Part shown: positions 18,486 to 28,304 of the stretch, in pieces
Layout of the letters: each line of letters begins with the position of its first letter
Numbering within the stretch: the stretch's first letter is position 1
Notes under the pieces: generated by a model
What the model was told of the DNA's origin: nothing
The model's input: the letters and a program-made list of their open reading frames with translations, nothing else
Databases searched by the model: none
Source: an uncultured Piscirickettsiaceae bacterium
GTDB taxonomy: Bacteria > Pseudomonadota > Gammaproteobacteria > Thiomicrospirales > Thiomicrospiraceae
Assembly: GCA_964387695.1 (NCBI GenBank)
Contig: CAYLXI010000002.1
Coordinates: 1-33,471 of the forward strand
Length of the DNA: 33,471 nucleotides
Direction: 5' to 3'
Made by a program: the position numbers and the translations under genes

Positions 18486-18932
18486 TTAATAACCTATTTT
18501 ATGAACAACAGGTACTATGCCTTGCAAGCGATATTGCTTAAACCTTTCTCGACCTTTTTGAATTAAATGTTCTGTTTGATCTAAAATTTCTATTGTTCGT
18601 TGGTAGTTTAAAAACTGCTTTTGAAAATTAGTATGTAAATTTAATAAAATATCTTGACAACTTTTAGTGATTTGTTCACCAAATAATTGTATGGGGGTAT
18701 CAACCTCATTAGCCATTGCATGGGCAATAAAGCTATGCGGTTGAACGCCCCAAAGGGTTAAATCAAATCTTTGGGCATCTTGCTGGCTGGCAAAAAGTAC
18801 ATCGGCTTGGCGTTGTTCAGAAAGTATTTTTTGAATTAACTTTGCGGTAAATTTATCACGATTTTTTGGGTCGGATGAATTTAAAACATAAAAAATAACA
18901 TCTTGGTTTGTTGAAGTAACATTGCTAGTCAT
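18486..18932 (-). CDS. holC: DNA polymerase III chi subunit
   Basis: FYVL, DLTLW...SFIAH, LLNL, RERFKQYR motifs; directly downstream of pepA. Confidence 0.92.
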   Translation of the reverse strand: MTSNVTSTNQDVIFYVLNSSDPKNRDKFTAKLIQKILSEQRQADVLFASQQDAQRFDLTLWGVQPHSFIAHAMANEVDTPIQLFGEQITKSCQDILLNLHTNFQKQFLNYQRTIEILDQTEHLIQKGRERFKQYRLQGIVPVVHKIGY

Positions 18933-18935
18933 GCT

Positions 18936-20417
18936 TTAGCTTGATTGCTTAATTAAATATTCAACCAAAGCTGGCACAGGACGACCTGTTGCACCTTTGT
19001 TTGCACCGCTTGTCCAGGCTGTTCCAGCTATGTCTAGATGTGCCCAAGAAACCTCTTTGGTAAACCTTGCTAAAAATTGTGCAGCAGTAATGGTTCCTGC
19101 GGCTCTTCCGCCAATATTGGCAATGTCGGCAAAGTTAGATTTAAGTTGCTCGTCATATTCCTCGCTTAAAGGCAGTTGCCAAAAACGATCATAGGTGGTT
19201 TTACCTGCTTGTAAAAGGTCATCTACTAGGTTTTGGTCGTTACCTAATATGGCAGATATTTCATGTCCAAGAGCGATAATGCAAGCTCCTGTTAGAGTTG
19301 CCATATCAATGATTTTTGCAGGCTTATAGGTTTGTTGTGTGTAGGTTAGGGCATCGCATAAAATAAGACGACCTTCGGCATCTGTATTAAGGATTTCTAT
19401 GGTTTGACCAGATAAAGAAGTTACCACATCTCCAGGCTTAATGGCTTCGCCAGAAGGCATGTTTTCTGTTGCTGGTATAACGCCGACGACATTAATTTTT
19501 GGTTTTATTTCCCCTAACGCTTTAAAAACTCCAAGTACGGTGGCAGCCCCTCCCATGTCATATTTCATTTCATCCATGCCTGCCCCTGGTTTTAATGAAA
19601 TACCTCCTGTATCAAAAGTAACACCTTTACCTACCAAAGCTATAGGAGCCTCTTTTTTATTACCCCCTTGGTAAGATAAACATATCATTTTAGGCGGGGT
19701 TGGACCTCCTTGAGCGACTGCCATAAAAGAACCCATGCCCATTTCAGTCATTTGCTTTCTTTTAAGTATGTTAATTTCAAAACCATAGGTTTTTCCTAGT
19801 ATTTTAGCGGTTTTAGCCAAATAGCTGGGAGTACAGAAATTACTGGGCATGTTAGCTAGGTCTTGAGTTAAAGCCATGCCTATTGCAGAGGCTTGAGCCT
19901 GTTTAATCATTTTGCTTTTAGCTTGGGTAAGAAAACTCATATTAACAAGTGTAGTTGTTTTTGGTTTATGCTTGCCACGGCTAGGATGATTATAATCATA
20001 AAAACTTTTTTGCACTTCTAGAGTGTTTTGATACACTAACCAGCTTTCAGTTTTGAAATCTATACTAGCTAAGGCATTTAAAACCGATATAGCCCCTGTT
20101 TTTTCTAGTGTTTTGTTACTAGATTGAATGGCTGAAATATATAACTTCTCAGTTAAGTCGGCATTTTTTCCTAGCCCAACAAGGATTAATCTTTGAATGT
20201 TATTAAAAGCGATGTTATCAAAAACTTTAGGCTGTACAAAAACCTCTCCTGCATTGGCAGAGAAATCATCAGACTCAATAAAACTTTTAATGTTGTCTTT
20301 AACATTAAATTTTTGTAGTAATTCATTGTCGAGTTGATCGGAAAAAACAGGTAGAATTAAAGTGTCAAAATCTTGTAGTTGGATTGACTTAGTTTGTTGG
20401 AAGTTTATTTTTTTCAT
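18936..20417 (-). CDS. pepA: Leucyl aminopeptidase (M17)
   Basis: VGKGVTFDTGGISLKP, MKYDMGG, NTDAEGRL, ATLTGA, WAHLDIAGT. Confidence 0.97.
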   Translation of the reverse strand: MKKINFQQTKSIQLQDFDTLILPVFSDQLDNELLQKFNVKDNIKSFIESDDFSANAGEVFVQPKVFDNIAFNNIQRLILVGLGKNADLTEKLYISAIQSSNKTLEKTGAISVLNALASIDFKTESWLVYQNTLEVQKSFYDYNHPSRGKHKPKTTTLVNMSFLTQAKSKMIKQAQASAIGMALTQDLANMPSNFCTPSYLAKTAKILGKTYGFEINILKRKQMTEMGMGSFMAVAQGGPTPPKMICLSYQGGNKKEAPIALVGKGVTFDTGGISLKPGAGMDEMKYDMGGAATVLGVFKALGEIKPKINVVGVIPATENMPSGEAIKPGDVVTSLSGQTIEILNTDAEGRLILCDALTYTQQTYKPAKIIDMATLTGACIIALGHEISAILGNDQNLVDDLLQAGKTTYDRFWQLPLSEEYDEQLKSNFADIANIGGRAAGTITAAQFLARFTKEVSWAHLDIAGTAWTSGANKGATGRPVPALVEYLIKQSS

Positions 20418-20473
20418 CTTTTTATTTACAGCCTTTTTTATATTTTAACTATTTTACCCTTTGAGTAACTTTT

Positions 20474-21577
20474 TTGCGAATACTAGATAAATATTTATAC
20501 AAAGAACTGTATTCAACTTTTTTTGCTGTTTTAGCGGTGCTTTTATTAATTACTTTTGGCACAGAAGCAACTAAATTGTTGGCAATTGCCGTAGAGGGTA
20601 AAATACCTGCAAGTATTTTATTTCAAGTTCTGTTGTTAAAAATTCCCCCTGCTTTAGAAGTTATTTTGCCTTTGGTTGCTTTATTGAGTGTAATGTTGGC
20701 AATGGGACGATTATATCAAGACCAAGAAATGGTGGTTTTAAACAGCTGTGGAATTTCTCCGCGTTATTTTCAAAAGCGCGTATTGTGGTTTTTACTCCCT
20801 TTAGCCGTTTTAACGGGGTGGATTTCTTTGGTGGTTACGCCTTGGTCTTTTCAGCAAGAAAGAGCTTTAATTTCACAAGCCCAAGCTACCTCTCCTCTAG
20901 CGGCTTTAGTTCCTGGCAGGTTTAATCAACTTCCTAATAGTGGTGGCGTGTTTTATGCTCAATCAATTTCTCAAGATTCTGAGTTAGAAAATGTGTGGAT
21001 TCGTTTAAATAATCAAGAAAATGATTTATTGATGATTGCACCTTCTGGATATTTTGAAGTCATAGATGGTCGCCTCGCTTTGGTGTTGTTAAATGGCCGA
21101 AGCTATCAAGGCTTATCAACAGGTCAGGATTTAGTGGTAAGAAGATTTGAACGGTTTGAAGGGTATTTACCTGAAATTCAAATTACTCCACCGCCTAAAC
21201 ATCGTCAAGAAACTGAATCTATAGATTTGTGGCAATCAGAAAATTTAAGAGAGCAGGCTATGTTGCAGTGGCGAATAGTTATGCCAATGAGCATTATTGT
21301 GATGGGGTTAATAGGTTTAAAGATGAGTCGCACAGGGCCCAGAGAAGGGCGGTTTGCTAAAGTTTTTTATGCCTTGGTTTTATATGTGGTTTACAACCAA
21401 TTTTTAGTTACCTTAAATGAGTCTATCGGAGATGGGGAATGGCCTGTTATGGTGGGCTTGTGGTTAGTTCCTGTTGTGTTTTTAATGTTTGCTTTTTATC
21501 AAGGAAGTTTAAAGCCCAAATGGCTTGTGCTGCCAAATGTTCGTTCTTTATTTAAGGCTAGAGAGAAGGATTTATGA
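20474..21577 (+). CDS. lptF: LPS export ABC transporter permease LptF
   Basis: ILDKYL, GRLYQDQEMVV, PREGR motifs; divergent from pepA. Confidence 0.93.
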   Translation: MRILDKYLYKELYSTFFAVLAVLLLITFGTEATKLLAIAVEGKIPASILFQVLLLKIPPALEVILPLVALLSVMLAMGRLYQDQEMVVLNSCGISPRYFQKRVLWFLLPLAVLTGWISLVVTPWSFQQERALISQAQATSPLAALVPGRFNQLPNSGGVFYAQSISQDSELENVWIRLNNQENDLLMIAPSGYFEVIDGRLALVLLNGRSYQGLSTGQDLVVRRFERFEGYLPEIQITPPPKHRQETESIDLWQSENLREQAMLQWRIVMPMSIIVMGLIGLKMSRTGPREGRFAKVFYALVLYVVYNQFLVTLNESIGDGEWPVMVGLWLVPVVFLMFAFYQGSLKPKWLVLPNVRSLFKAREKDL

Positions 21578-22677
21578 ACGCAATAGAAAGGTATCTTGGG
21601 CGAGTGGTTGTTGGACACACCTTGCTAGTTTTAACGGTGTTACTTCTGATTTTAGGATTCTCTGAATTTATGATTCAAATTGGCAAGGTTACAGAGGAAT
21701 ATACTTTATTAAAAGGGAGCATTTACACTTTATTAAAAATGCCAGTTTTTGGCTATGAAATTTTTCCTGTTGCTTTGTTAATTGGTACTTTAATTGGATT
21801 AGGGGGCTTAGCAAATCATGGTGAACTAACAATATTAAGAGTAACAGGTTGGTCAATAGGGCGTATTTTTATTGGGGTAATGAAGTCGGTTTTTATTTTA
21901 TGGATTATCGTTGCATTAATGGGAGAATGGCTAGCACCTAAAGCTGAAACTTTAGCAAAAAAAATTAGAGGAGAAGCATTGCAGCAAAACTTTTCCATTG
22001 GAAATTCAGCAGATTTTTGGTTAAAAGAAGAAGGTCGCTATATTCATGTGGGTCGAGTTATCTCAGATCATGTGTTTCATCAGGTTACCATTTACACCTT
22101 AGAAAATAATGAACTTTCTTCTCACCTTAAAGCACAAAAAGCAACCTTTAAGGAGGGGCAGTGGCATTTAGAAAATGTTTTTAAGCAGTCATTAGGATGG
22201 AAAGAATCTCAATTTTTGGATAATGCAAATACAGTTTTTTTAAAATTAGACTATGAAAAACAAGAATATTATAATATTGCCGTTACCCTGCCGATTGACC
22301 CAGATTTGTTACAAACCTTACAAATAGATACCCGTTATATGGACATTTTAGATTTATATCATTATATTGACTTTTTGCAAGCCAATCAGCTCGATGCAGA
22401 ACCATTTAAATTAGCATTTTGGCGTAAAATTTCAACCCCTTTTGCTATTATTGGCATGATTGCGTTGGTTTTTCCGCTGATTTTTGGCTCACAACGCCAA
22501 GTAAGTATGGGACAACGAATTTTTGTAGGCATAATGATAGGAATGAGTTTTCATTTGCTTAATCAGATTTTTGGTAATTTAAGCATTATATATCAACTGC
22601 CAGCTATGCTAGGAGCATTTTTACCTTCAATAGTTTTATTGGTTACAGCATTCTTTTTAATGCGACGATTGCGGTGA
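21574..22677 (+). CDS. lptG: LPS export ABC transporter permease LptG
   Basis: IERYLGR, GGLANHGELTILR, FGSQRQVSMGQRI; ATGA overlap with lptF. Confidence 0.93.
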   Translation: MNAIERYLGRVVVGHTLLVLTVLLLILGFSEFMIQIGKVTEEYTLLKGSIYTLLKMPVFGYEIFPVALLIGTLIGLGGLANHGELTILRVTGWSIGRIFIGVMKSVFILWIIVALMGEWLAPKAETLAKKIRGEALQQNFSIGNSADFWLKEEGRYIHVGRVISDHVFHQVTIYTLENNELSSHLKAQKATFKEGQWHLENVFKQSLGWKESQFLDNANTVFLKLDYEKQEYYNIAVTLPIDPDLLQTLQIDTRYMDILDLYHYIDFLQANQLDAEPFKLAFWRKISTPFAIIGMIALVFPLIFGSQRQVSMGQRIFVGIMIGMSFHLLNQIFGNLSIIYQLPAMLGAFLPSIVLLVTAFFLMRRLR

Positions 22678-22690
22678 TATTAAAATGAAT

Positions 22691-23905
22691 CTAGTAATCT
22701 AACTCAATTTGTACCAGTTTAAAAACTGTGTTAACGGTAATCGCATCCATGCAAGCAGGTTCGGTGCAGGGGGTTTTTCTGTGGTTGGCAGCACTTACGC
22801 AAGGTGAGCATGCCAATCCTGCAAATATAGGTGTGCTATTTCCTAAAGACCCATATAACTTAGGGGTTTCAGGGCCAAATAAAACAAATGTTTTTAAGGG
22901 GGTAATTGAAGAGAAATGTCCAGGGCCTGAATCATTGGTTACCATCAAGCTGGATACGCTATATAGTATGGGCATTTGTAGCAATTTTAACTGTCCTGCA
23001 TAGTTAATGCATCGTTCATGTCCAACTTGTTTACGCAGTCCTTCGGCTTCTTCTTTTTCATTGGGAGCTCCAGTAATTAATATCAAAATGTCATCATATC
23101 TTGCTAATAATTGCTGCATAAGAACAATAAAATTTTCTTTTGGCCAACGCCTTTGTGGAAGCAAATCACTGGCATTGGGGTTAATTAAAACTAGGCGATA
23201 TTTATGCGGTTTATAGTCGCTATAACAAGCGGTTACGCTGGTGTAAATTATTTGGTGTTCTGTGTCGGAGAAGCTAACTTGGTCAAGCTTTATGTCTTCA
23301 TCTCTAATAATCGTTTTGGCGTAAGGCACTTCTTCTTTTTCGGTTTCTAGGGCATAAATAAGTGCCATAAAATTTTTTGCTATGTGAATATGCGGGTTGT
23401 AGCTAACTCTATGCGTCATCATTTCGCCACGGTATAAACCTTCGCCATGAAAATTATGGTAACCGACGCGGTTTTTTGCACCACTAAATCCCGTTAATAA
23501 TGCCGAGACACGAGAAAATAATTCTAAGTCTACGGCGGTATCAATTTTGTTCTTGCGACACCAAAATAAATAACGAATAGCATCCCTAATTAAAGTAAAC
23601 ATGCTGTCTTCACACAGGGTAAAAATATTTTCTTGGGGAATGGTGTTAAGTAAGTCAAGGCTGGGTTTATTTTTGCTAAAAATTACAAAAAACAAGTTAG
23701 CATTAAATTGTTTTTTTGCTCGTTTCATTGCAGGGTCGGCAATGATGGTACTTCCCATTTCAGACAGCTCAACAAATAAAATATTTTTTGGGGAGGTTTT
23801 TTTAGGGCGGGTAAAAAATTCAATGACTTTAATGATTAAAGTGCCAATAAAAGTTAAGGGAATGCCGACATGGTGATCGACTTTACGCATTAAATCTACA
23901 TTCAT
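22691..23905 (-). CDS. Glycosyltransferase family 9 (heptosyltransferase-like)
   Basis: LSEMGS, RRWP, VTNDSGPGH, LFGPE motifs and C-terminal CSPC...C...CM. Confidence 0.88.
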   Translation of the reverse strand: MNVDLMRKVDHHVGIPLTFIGTLIIKVIEFFTRPKKTSPKNILFVELSEMGSTIIADPAMKRAKKQFNANLFFVIFSKNKPSLDLLNTIPQENIFTLCEDSMFTLIRDAIRYLFWCRKNKIDTAVDLELFSRVSALLTGFSGAKNRVGYHNFHGEGLYRGEMMTHRVSYNPHIHIAKNFMALIYALETEKEEVPYAKTIIRDEDIKLDQVSFSDTEHQIIYTSVTACYSDYKPHKYRLVLINPNASDLLPQRRWPKENFIVLMQQLLARYDDILILITGAPNEKEEAEGLRKQVGHERCINYAGQLKLLQMPILYSVSSLMVTNDSGPGHFSSITPLKTFVLFGPETPKLYGSLGNSTPIFAGLACSPCVSAANHRKTPCTEPACMDAITVNTVFKLVQIELDY

Positions 23906-23917
23906 GCAAAGGTCTCT

Positions 23918-24826
23918 TTATAAATATTTGTGCTTACTTTTAATGAAAAATACCAGGCCTGGTAAGGCGGCAACAATTAGGGTAGTACCATAAATTAATG
24001 ACATGGCAAGTACCAGAGTTTGGTCTACTCCTATGAGTAAAAACAACCCTATCAATGCTCCTTCTCTTACTCCCCAGCCAGCAAAAGAAATAGGCAAAAT
24101 GGTAAGTAAAATGGCAGGAGGGATTAAAATTAAGTAGGTGATTAAGGGTTCATTTATACCTACACTATGACCTATGCCAAAAATAGCTAACATTGAAAAC
24201 AGATGAATTAAAACCGATAAACCCAGCTGTTGAGCAATGCGTTTGGGGGTTTTATAAATAGCTCTAAATCTCTGAGAAAGCTGATAAAACAAACGGGTAA
24301 CTTTATAGCGATTAAATATCTCAAATTTATGAATGGCTATTAAAACAAATAAACCGAACATAGCAGAAAGAATGATAACATTAATGGTTATAAAGACTGC
24401 TGTCGGTAAAATATGGCTGTAAATTAAATTGGCAAATAAATTAAGAATTAATAATCCGACTAATCCGACTATTCTATCAATAAACACGCCATAAAACGCC
24501 TCTTTAACGGTGTTGCCATGAGCTGCTACCTCGGCAATTCTGTAGGCATCTCCACCAATACTGGTAGGTAAAATTTGGTTAAATAGACTGCCTTTAAAAT
24601 AGCTTTTAAAGTAAAACTTAAAGTTGTGAGGGAAGTTTAAAATATCCATAATTAGATACCAGCGATAGGCAGCCAAGGTTTGGCTTAACACTTGCATCAC
24701 TAAAGCGGCGGCAATTAATCCAATATTTGCGGTTAAAATGATCGCCCAAACTTTTTCAAAGTCTAATTTGTAAACGATGAAACTCACTATAGCAATAGAA
24801 ATGATAAGTTTAATGATATTGCCCAA
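23918..24826 (-). CDS. UPF0104 / lysylphosphatidylglycerol-synthase-TM flippase-like membrane protein
   Basis: RW, FNQILPTSIGGDAYR, DRIVG, LPISFAGWGVRE motifs. Confidence 0.88.
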   Translation of the reverse strand: MGNIIKLIISIAIVSFIVYKLDFEKVWAIILTANIGLIAAALVMQVLSQTLAAYRWYLIMDILNFPHNFKFYFKSYFKGSLFNQILPTSIGGDAYRIAEVAAHGNTVKEAFYGVFIDRIVGLVGLLILNLFANLIYSHILPTAVFITINVIILSAMFGLFVLIAIHKFEIFNRYKVTRLFYQLSQRFRAIYKTPKRIAQQLGLSVLIHLFSMLAIFGIGHSVGINEPLITYLILIPPAILLTILPISFAGWGVREGALIGLFLLIGVDQTLVLAMSLIYGTTLIVAALPGLVFFIKSKHKYL

Positions 24827-24888
24827 CTGAGAGACCTTGTAAGTTTATTAAGTATTTACTAGAAGGGTATTATCGCAAAAAAAATAAT

Positions 24889-26397
24889 TTATTGACGATT
24901 TTCTATTTCTTGCACAATAGGAAGCTTGGCTGCCCAACCACCATAATTTACAGGTTGAAAGTTTTGGCAGTAAAAGAAACGATAGCGTACGATAATAATT
25001 TCATTGTTTTTAATAACTAGGTCATCTAAAGCTTTGCAAGACTGAAAATGACCCGCACCGCCAGTTCTTGGTTGGTCTGCCCCGTAGCTGGGCAAAATAA
25101 GAATGCCACTGCTGTTTTTTGGGGGGTTACCAAACCAAAGATCAAATTGATCAAAACGATTATCTGTAACATAAACTGGCTGAGGGTAAGCATACCAAGC
25201 AATTCGGCTTGCCTGCGTCCAGTTGGCAGCAAACAACGGTGCGTTAGAATGTTTTTTTTGATAAAGTTTTGCTTTCTTTATCGCCTGTTGCCAGCCAGTA
25301 AGCTCTTGAATGAAATTCTGTTTTTCTGCAAAAGGCAGCCAAGGGGTTACTATTTGACTGTTTAAAACAAAGGTCAGTCCTAGCATTAAAGCCCCATTAA
25401 TATAGGTGGATATTCGGAGCCATTTTTTTTGCCAGTTTTGCCAAACCCAGAAAACAACGGCAGGGGCAATAAATAACCAAGCCAGCTGTGTCCAATGTGG
25501 CAAAGACATTTTATAGCCTGAACCCATGGCAAATAAAATAATAACAGGCAAAGAAAATAAAGCCAGTAATCTAGTAGGAGAGTTTTTAAAAATAGCACTA
25601 AAAGCTAAAATTATTCCGACAAGATAAAGCAGAGGAGAATAAACCCCAAATTGGGCAAGCTGGCTTTGTGAAAATCTTAATAAACTCCATTCGTCATGAT
25701 AAGTGCCGTGGTTCATTTGGTATACAAATGAAATCCAATCGTGTTGATAGTTCCAGTAAATTATTGGGGTAATCATGACAAGTGTTAACAACATTGCTAG
25801 CCATAAGCCTTTTGCCTTTAGCCAAATAAAGCGTTTTTCAAATAATAGAATGAGCATAAGAGAAAAAACTAAGGTGATGGCAGTGTATTTTGATAAAGCA
25901 GATATTCCCAGCCAAAATCCTAACCAAAGCCAGTCTTTAAGAGAAGGGTTGTTGGTTTCTCTAAGGTTTAGCATATGCCAAAACACCATCAGTGCTGCAA
26001 TCATAATTGGCGTATCTGGCAACATAGATAAGCTTAGCAGTTGGAACATGATTGATGCATTAACTAAGGCAACACTCCAAAAACCGACCCATTTAAATTC
26101 AGGATAAAGGCGAGCAGCAATTTTATAAAGTAATATATTACTGATAGCAAAAAAGATAATGGGTAAAACCCGCAAAGCAAAATCAGAAGTAGAAAATATG
26201 ATAGGAATAGAATTAAGCCAACCCACCATTGGAGGGTGGTCAAAATAACTCCAATCTAATTTTGCTCCATAAAGTGCGTAGTGTGCCTCATCAACACTTA
26301 AATTAACTTTACCTGCAATAATAAAGCTCCACAGCATAAGCAAGCCAATCATTATTAAAGTGGTTCTTTCAGGGGATTGTTTTAAAAATTCTTTCAT
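24889..26397 (-). CDS. ArnT/PMT-like GT-C membrane glycosyltransferase
   Basis: DEAHY, SYFDHPPM, PDTP, LSKYT, WNYQHDWISF motifs; multiple TM helices. Confidence 0.88.
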   Translation of the reverse strand: MKEFLKQSPERTTLIMIGLLMLWSFIIAGKVNLSVDEAHYALYGAKLDWSYFDHPPMVGWLNSIPIIFSTSDFALRVLPIIFFAISNILLYKIAARLYPEFKWVGFWSVALVNASIMFQLLSLSMLPDTPIMIAALMVFWHMLNLRETNNPSLKDWLWLGFWLGISALSKYTAITLVFSLMLILLFEKRFIWLKAKGLWLAMLLTLVMITPIIYWNYQHDWISFVYQMNHGTYHDEWSLLRFSQSQLAQFGVYSPLLYLVGIILAFSAIFKNSPTRLLALFSLPVIILFAMGSGYKMSLPHWTQLAWLFIAPAVVFWVWQNWQKKWLRISTYINGALMLGLTFVLNSQIVTPWLPFAEKQNFIQELTGWQQAIKKAKLYQKKHSNAPLFAANWTQASRIAWYAYPQPVYVTDNRFDQFDLWFGNPPKNSSGILILPSYGADQPRTGGAGHFQSCKALDDLVIKNNEIIIVRYRFFYCQNFQPVNYGGWAAKLPIVQEIENRQ

Positions 26398-26441
26398 GGC
26401 GAAATCATAGCAGTTTATGGTTTTTTTAGGTATGAAATTTT

Positions 26442-26500
26442 TACTATAATTCCTGCTTAGGGATTGTATTTAAAGTGTTAGGATTTTGTCTAAGTCTTTT
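26442..26500. repeat. Degenerate end (F) of the MITE-like repeat, reverse orientation
   Basis: tactataattcctgcttagggattgtatttaaagtgttag aligns to the reverse complement of copy B's right end (tactcgaatcactgcttagaggctggatataaagtgctag); other end not recognisable. Confidence 0.6.
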
Positions 26501-26722
26501 GTTCTCTGAGTCTTACACAAAATATTTATATGCTCTTATAGTCTCATTATTCAATCAGTTGTCGGACTGGAGTGTCTCAAAAAACTGTATAGCCATTCCA
26601 AGCGAGTAAATTAATAATATTTATATATGAACTCTAGCATTAACAATAGGTTAATAATTAGCCGCCCTTTAAAGAAATTCTAGGTTATATAAAAGGGTGG
26701 GGTTATTTTCAAATTTATACTT

Positions 26723-26746
26723 AGCCCAAATCTCTACTTAGAAACT
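26723..26746. repeat. Solo terminal repeat (G) of the MITE-like family overlapping the epmB stop
   Basis: agcccaaatctctacttagaaact matches the left terminus cccaaatccctacttagaaact with one mismatch. Confidence 0.75.
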
Positions 26747-27679
26747 AATAGGTGTTTTATAAGGTTCTCCAGTAATTTCTTCTACCAGTTGTGGCATAAG
26801 GTAGCCTGGGAGTTGTTTTCTTAACTCTTGGATGATTATTTGAGCTTGATGTTTTTTTACTTCAAAATGTTGGCTGCCAGAAACTTTGTCTAATAAATGG
26901 CAATAATATGGCAGTATTCCTTGGCTAAACAGTGCTTTGCTAAGTTGTGCAAGTGTATGGGTATTGTCATTAACCCCTTTAAGTAACACGCATTGATTAA
27001 GCAGTGTGATATTTGCATCTTTATATTGTTGCATTAAGAGCAGGGTTTCATTGCTGAGCTCATTTGGGTGATTGCAGTGGACAACTAATACTATGTTAAG
27101 TCTAGAGCTTTTTATGACTTGAATAAAAGATTGGTTGGGACTTTTATCTGGTGCGGCTATGGGTGTTCTGCTATGAAATCTTATGGTTGTAACATGGGGA
27201 ATCTTGGCGATTTTTTCTATTAAATCATTTAATGTATTTTCTGCTAGGGTGAAAGGATCGCCACCACTTAAAATAACTTCTTCTATTGTTGTATTATTAG
27301 CAATTTCTTGTAAAGCCACTTGCCAATTGTTTTTTTTGGCTTGTTGGTAAGGAAAGTTTTGTCTAAAGCAATAACGGCAGTGAATATCACACCTAGGGCT
27401 AATAACTAACAATACTCTTCCATAATATTTATGAATTAAACTTGGGGTTGAATTACTTGCTAAATCTCCAACAGGGTCGTTTGAGAAGTCGGTATGCAAG
27501 ATAGACTCATGGGTTGTTGGGAGAACTTGCCTTAATAATGGGTCGTCAGGATTGCTTTTTTCTATCTGTGAAGCGAAGTGTCGTGGAACTTTAATGGGGA
27601 AGTTAGGAGCGTTTTCTAAGTTAAGTTGTGCAGGGTCTAAGTTTAAAAAAGCACATAGTTCAGAGATGGATTTGTACAT
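26738..27679 (-). CDS. epmB: EF-P beta-lysylation lysine 2,3-aminomutase (KamA family radical SAM)
   Basis: DPLLRQVLP, HKYYGRVL, CDIHCRYCFR (CxxxCxxC), ILSGGDP, PYY; divergent from efp. Confidence 0.93.
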   Translation of the reverse strand: MYKSISELCAFLNLDPAQLNLENAPNFPIKVPRHFASQIEKSNPDDPLLRQVLPTTHESILHTDFSNDPVGDLASNSTPSLIHKYYGRVLLVISPRCDIHCRYCFRQNFPYQQAKKNNWQVALQEIANNTTIEEVILSGGDPFTLAENTLNDLIEKIAKIPHVTTIRFHSRTPIAAPDKSPNQSFIQVIKSSRLNIVLVVHCNHPNELSNETLLLMQQYKDANITLLNQCVLLKGVNDNTHTLAQLSKALFSQGILPYYCHLLDKVSGSQHFEVKKHQAQIIIQELRKQLPGYLMPQLVEEITGEPYKTPISF

Positions 27680-27737
27680 GTTTCATTGTTCAGGGTAGAA
27701 TAGGGGGTTATTTTACGACAATTTAGAGAAAAGATTT

Positions 27738-28304
27738 ATGGCAACTTACAATACAGCTGAATTTAAAAGTGGTTTAAAGTTTTTACAAGATGGTCAGCCT
27801 TGCAGTATTATTAATAATGAGAGTGTTTCTCCAGGCAAGGGGCAGGCGTTTAATAGAGTTAAATTTCGTAACCTTGTTACAGGTAAAGTTTTAGAAAAGA
27901 CTTTTAAATCTGGTGAAAAGGTTGATGCAGCAGATGTGATGGAAACAGATTTGCAATATTTATATAGTGATGGTGATTTTTGGCATTTTATGGATGAATC
28001 TTCTTTTGAGCAATATCAGGCTACTGCAACAGCAGTAGCTGGTGTTGAGAAATGGTTAGTAGAGCAAAATGTTTGTACCATAACCCTTTGGAATAATAAT
28101 CCTATTTCGGTTAAGCCAGCTAAACAAGTGGTATTAGAAGTGGCTGATACAGACCCTGGCTTAAAAGGTGATACGGCAGGGACAGGTGGCAAGCCTGCAA
28201 CGCTTGCAACGGGAGCGGTGGTGCAAGTACCTTTATTTATTACGATAGGCGAAAAAATTATTTGTAATACAGAAACTGGAGAGTATATTTCGCGTGCAAA
28301 ATAG
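27738..28304 (+). CDS. efp: Elongation factor P
   Basis: PGKGQAF loop with the modifiable Lys, [22 protein letters not shown]. Confidence 0.98.
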   Translation: MATYNTAEFKSGLKFLQDGQPCSIINNESVSPGKGQAFNRVKFRNLVTGKVLEKTFKSGEKVDAADVMETDLQYLYSDGDFWHFMDESSFEQYQATATAVAGVEKWLVEQNVCTITLWNNNPISVKPAKQVVLEVADTDPGLKGDTAGTGGKPATLATGAVVQVPLFITIGEKIICNTETGEYISRAK

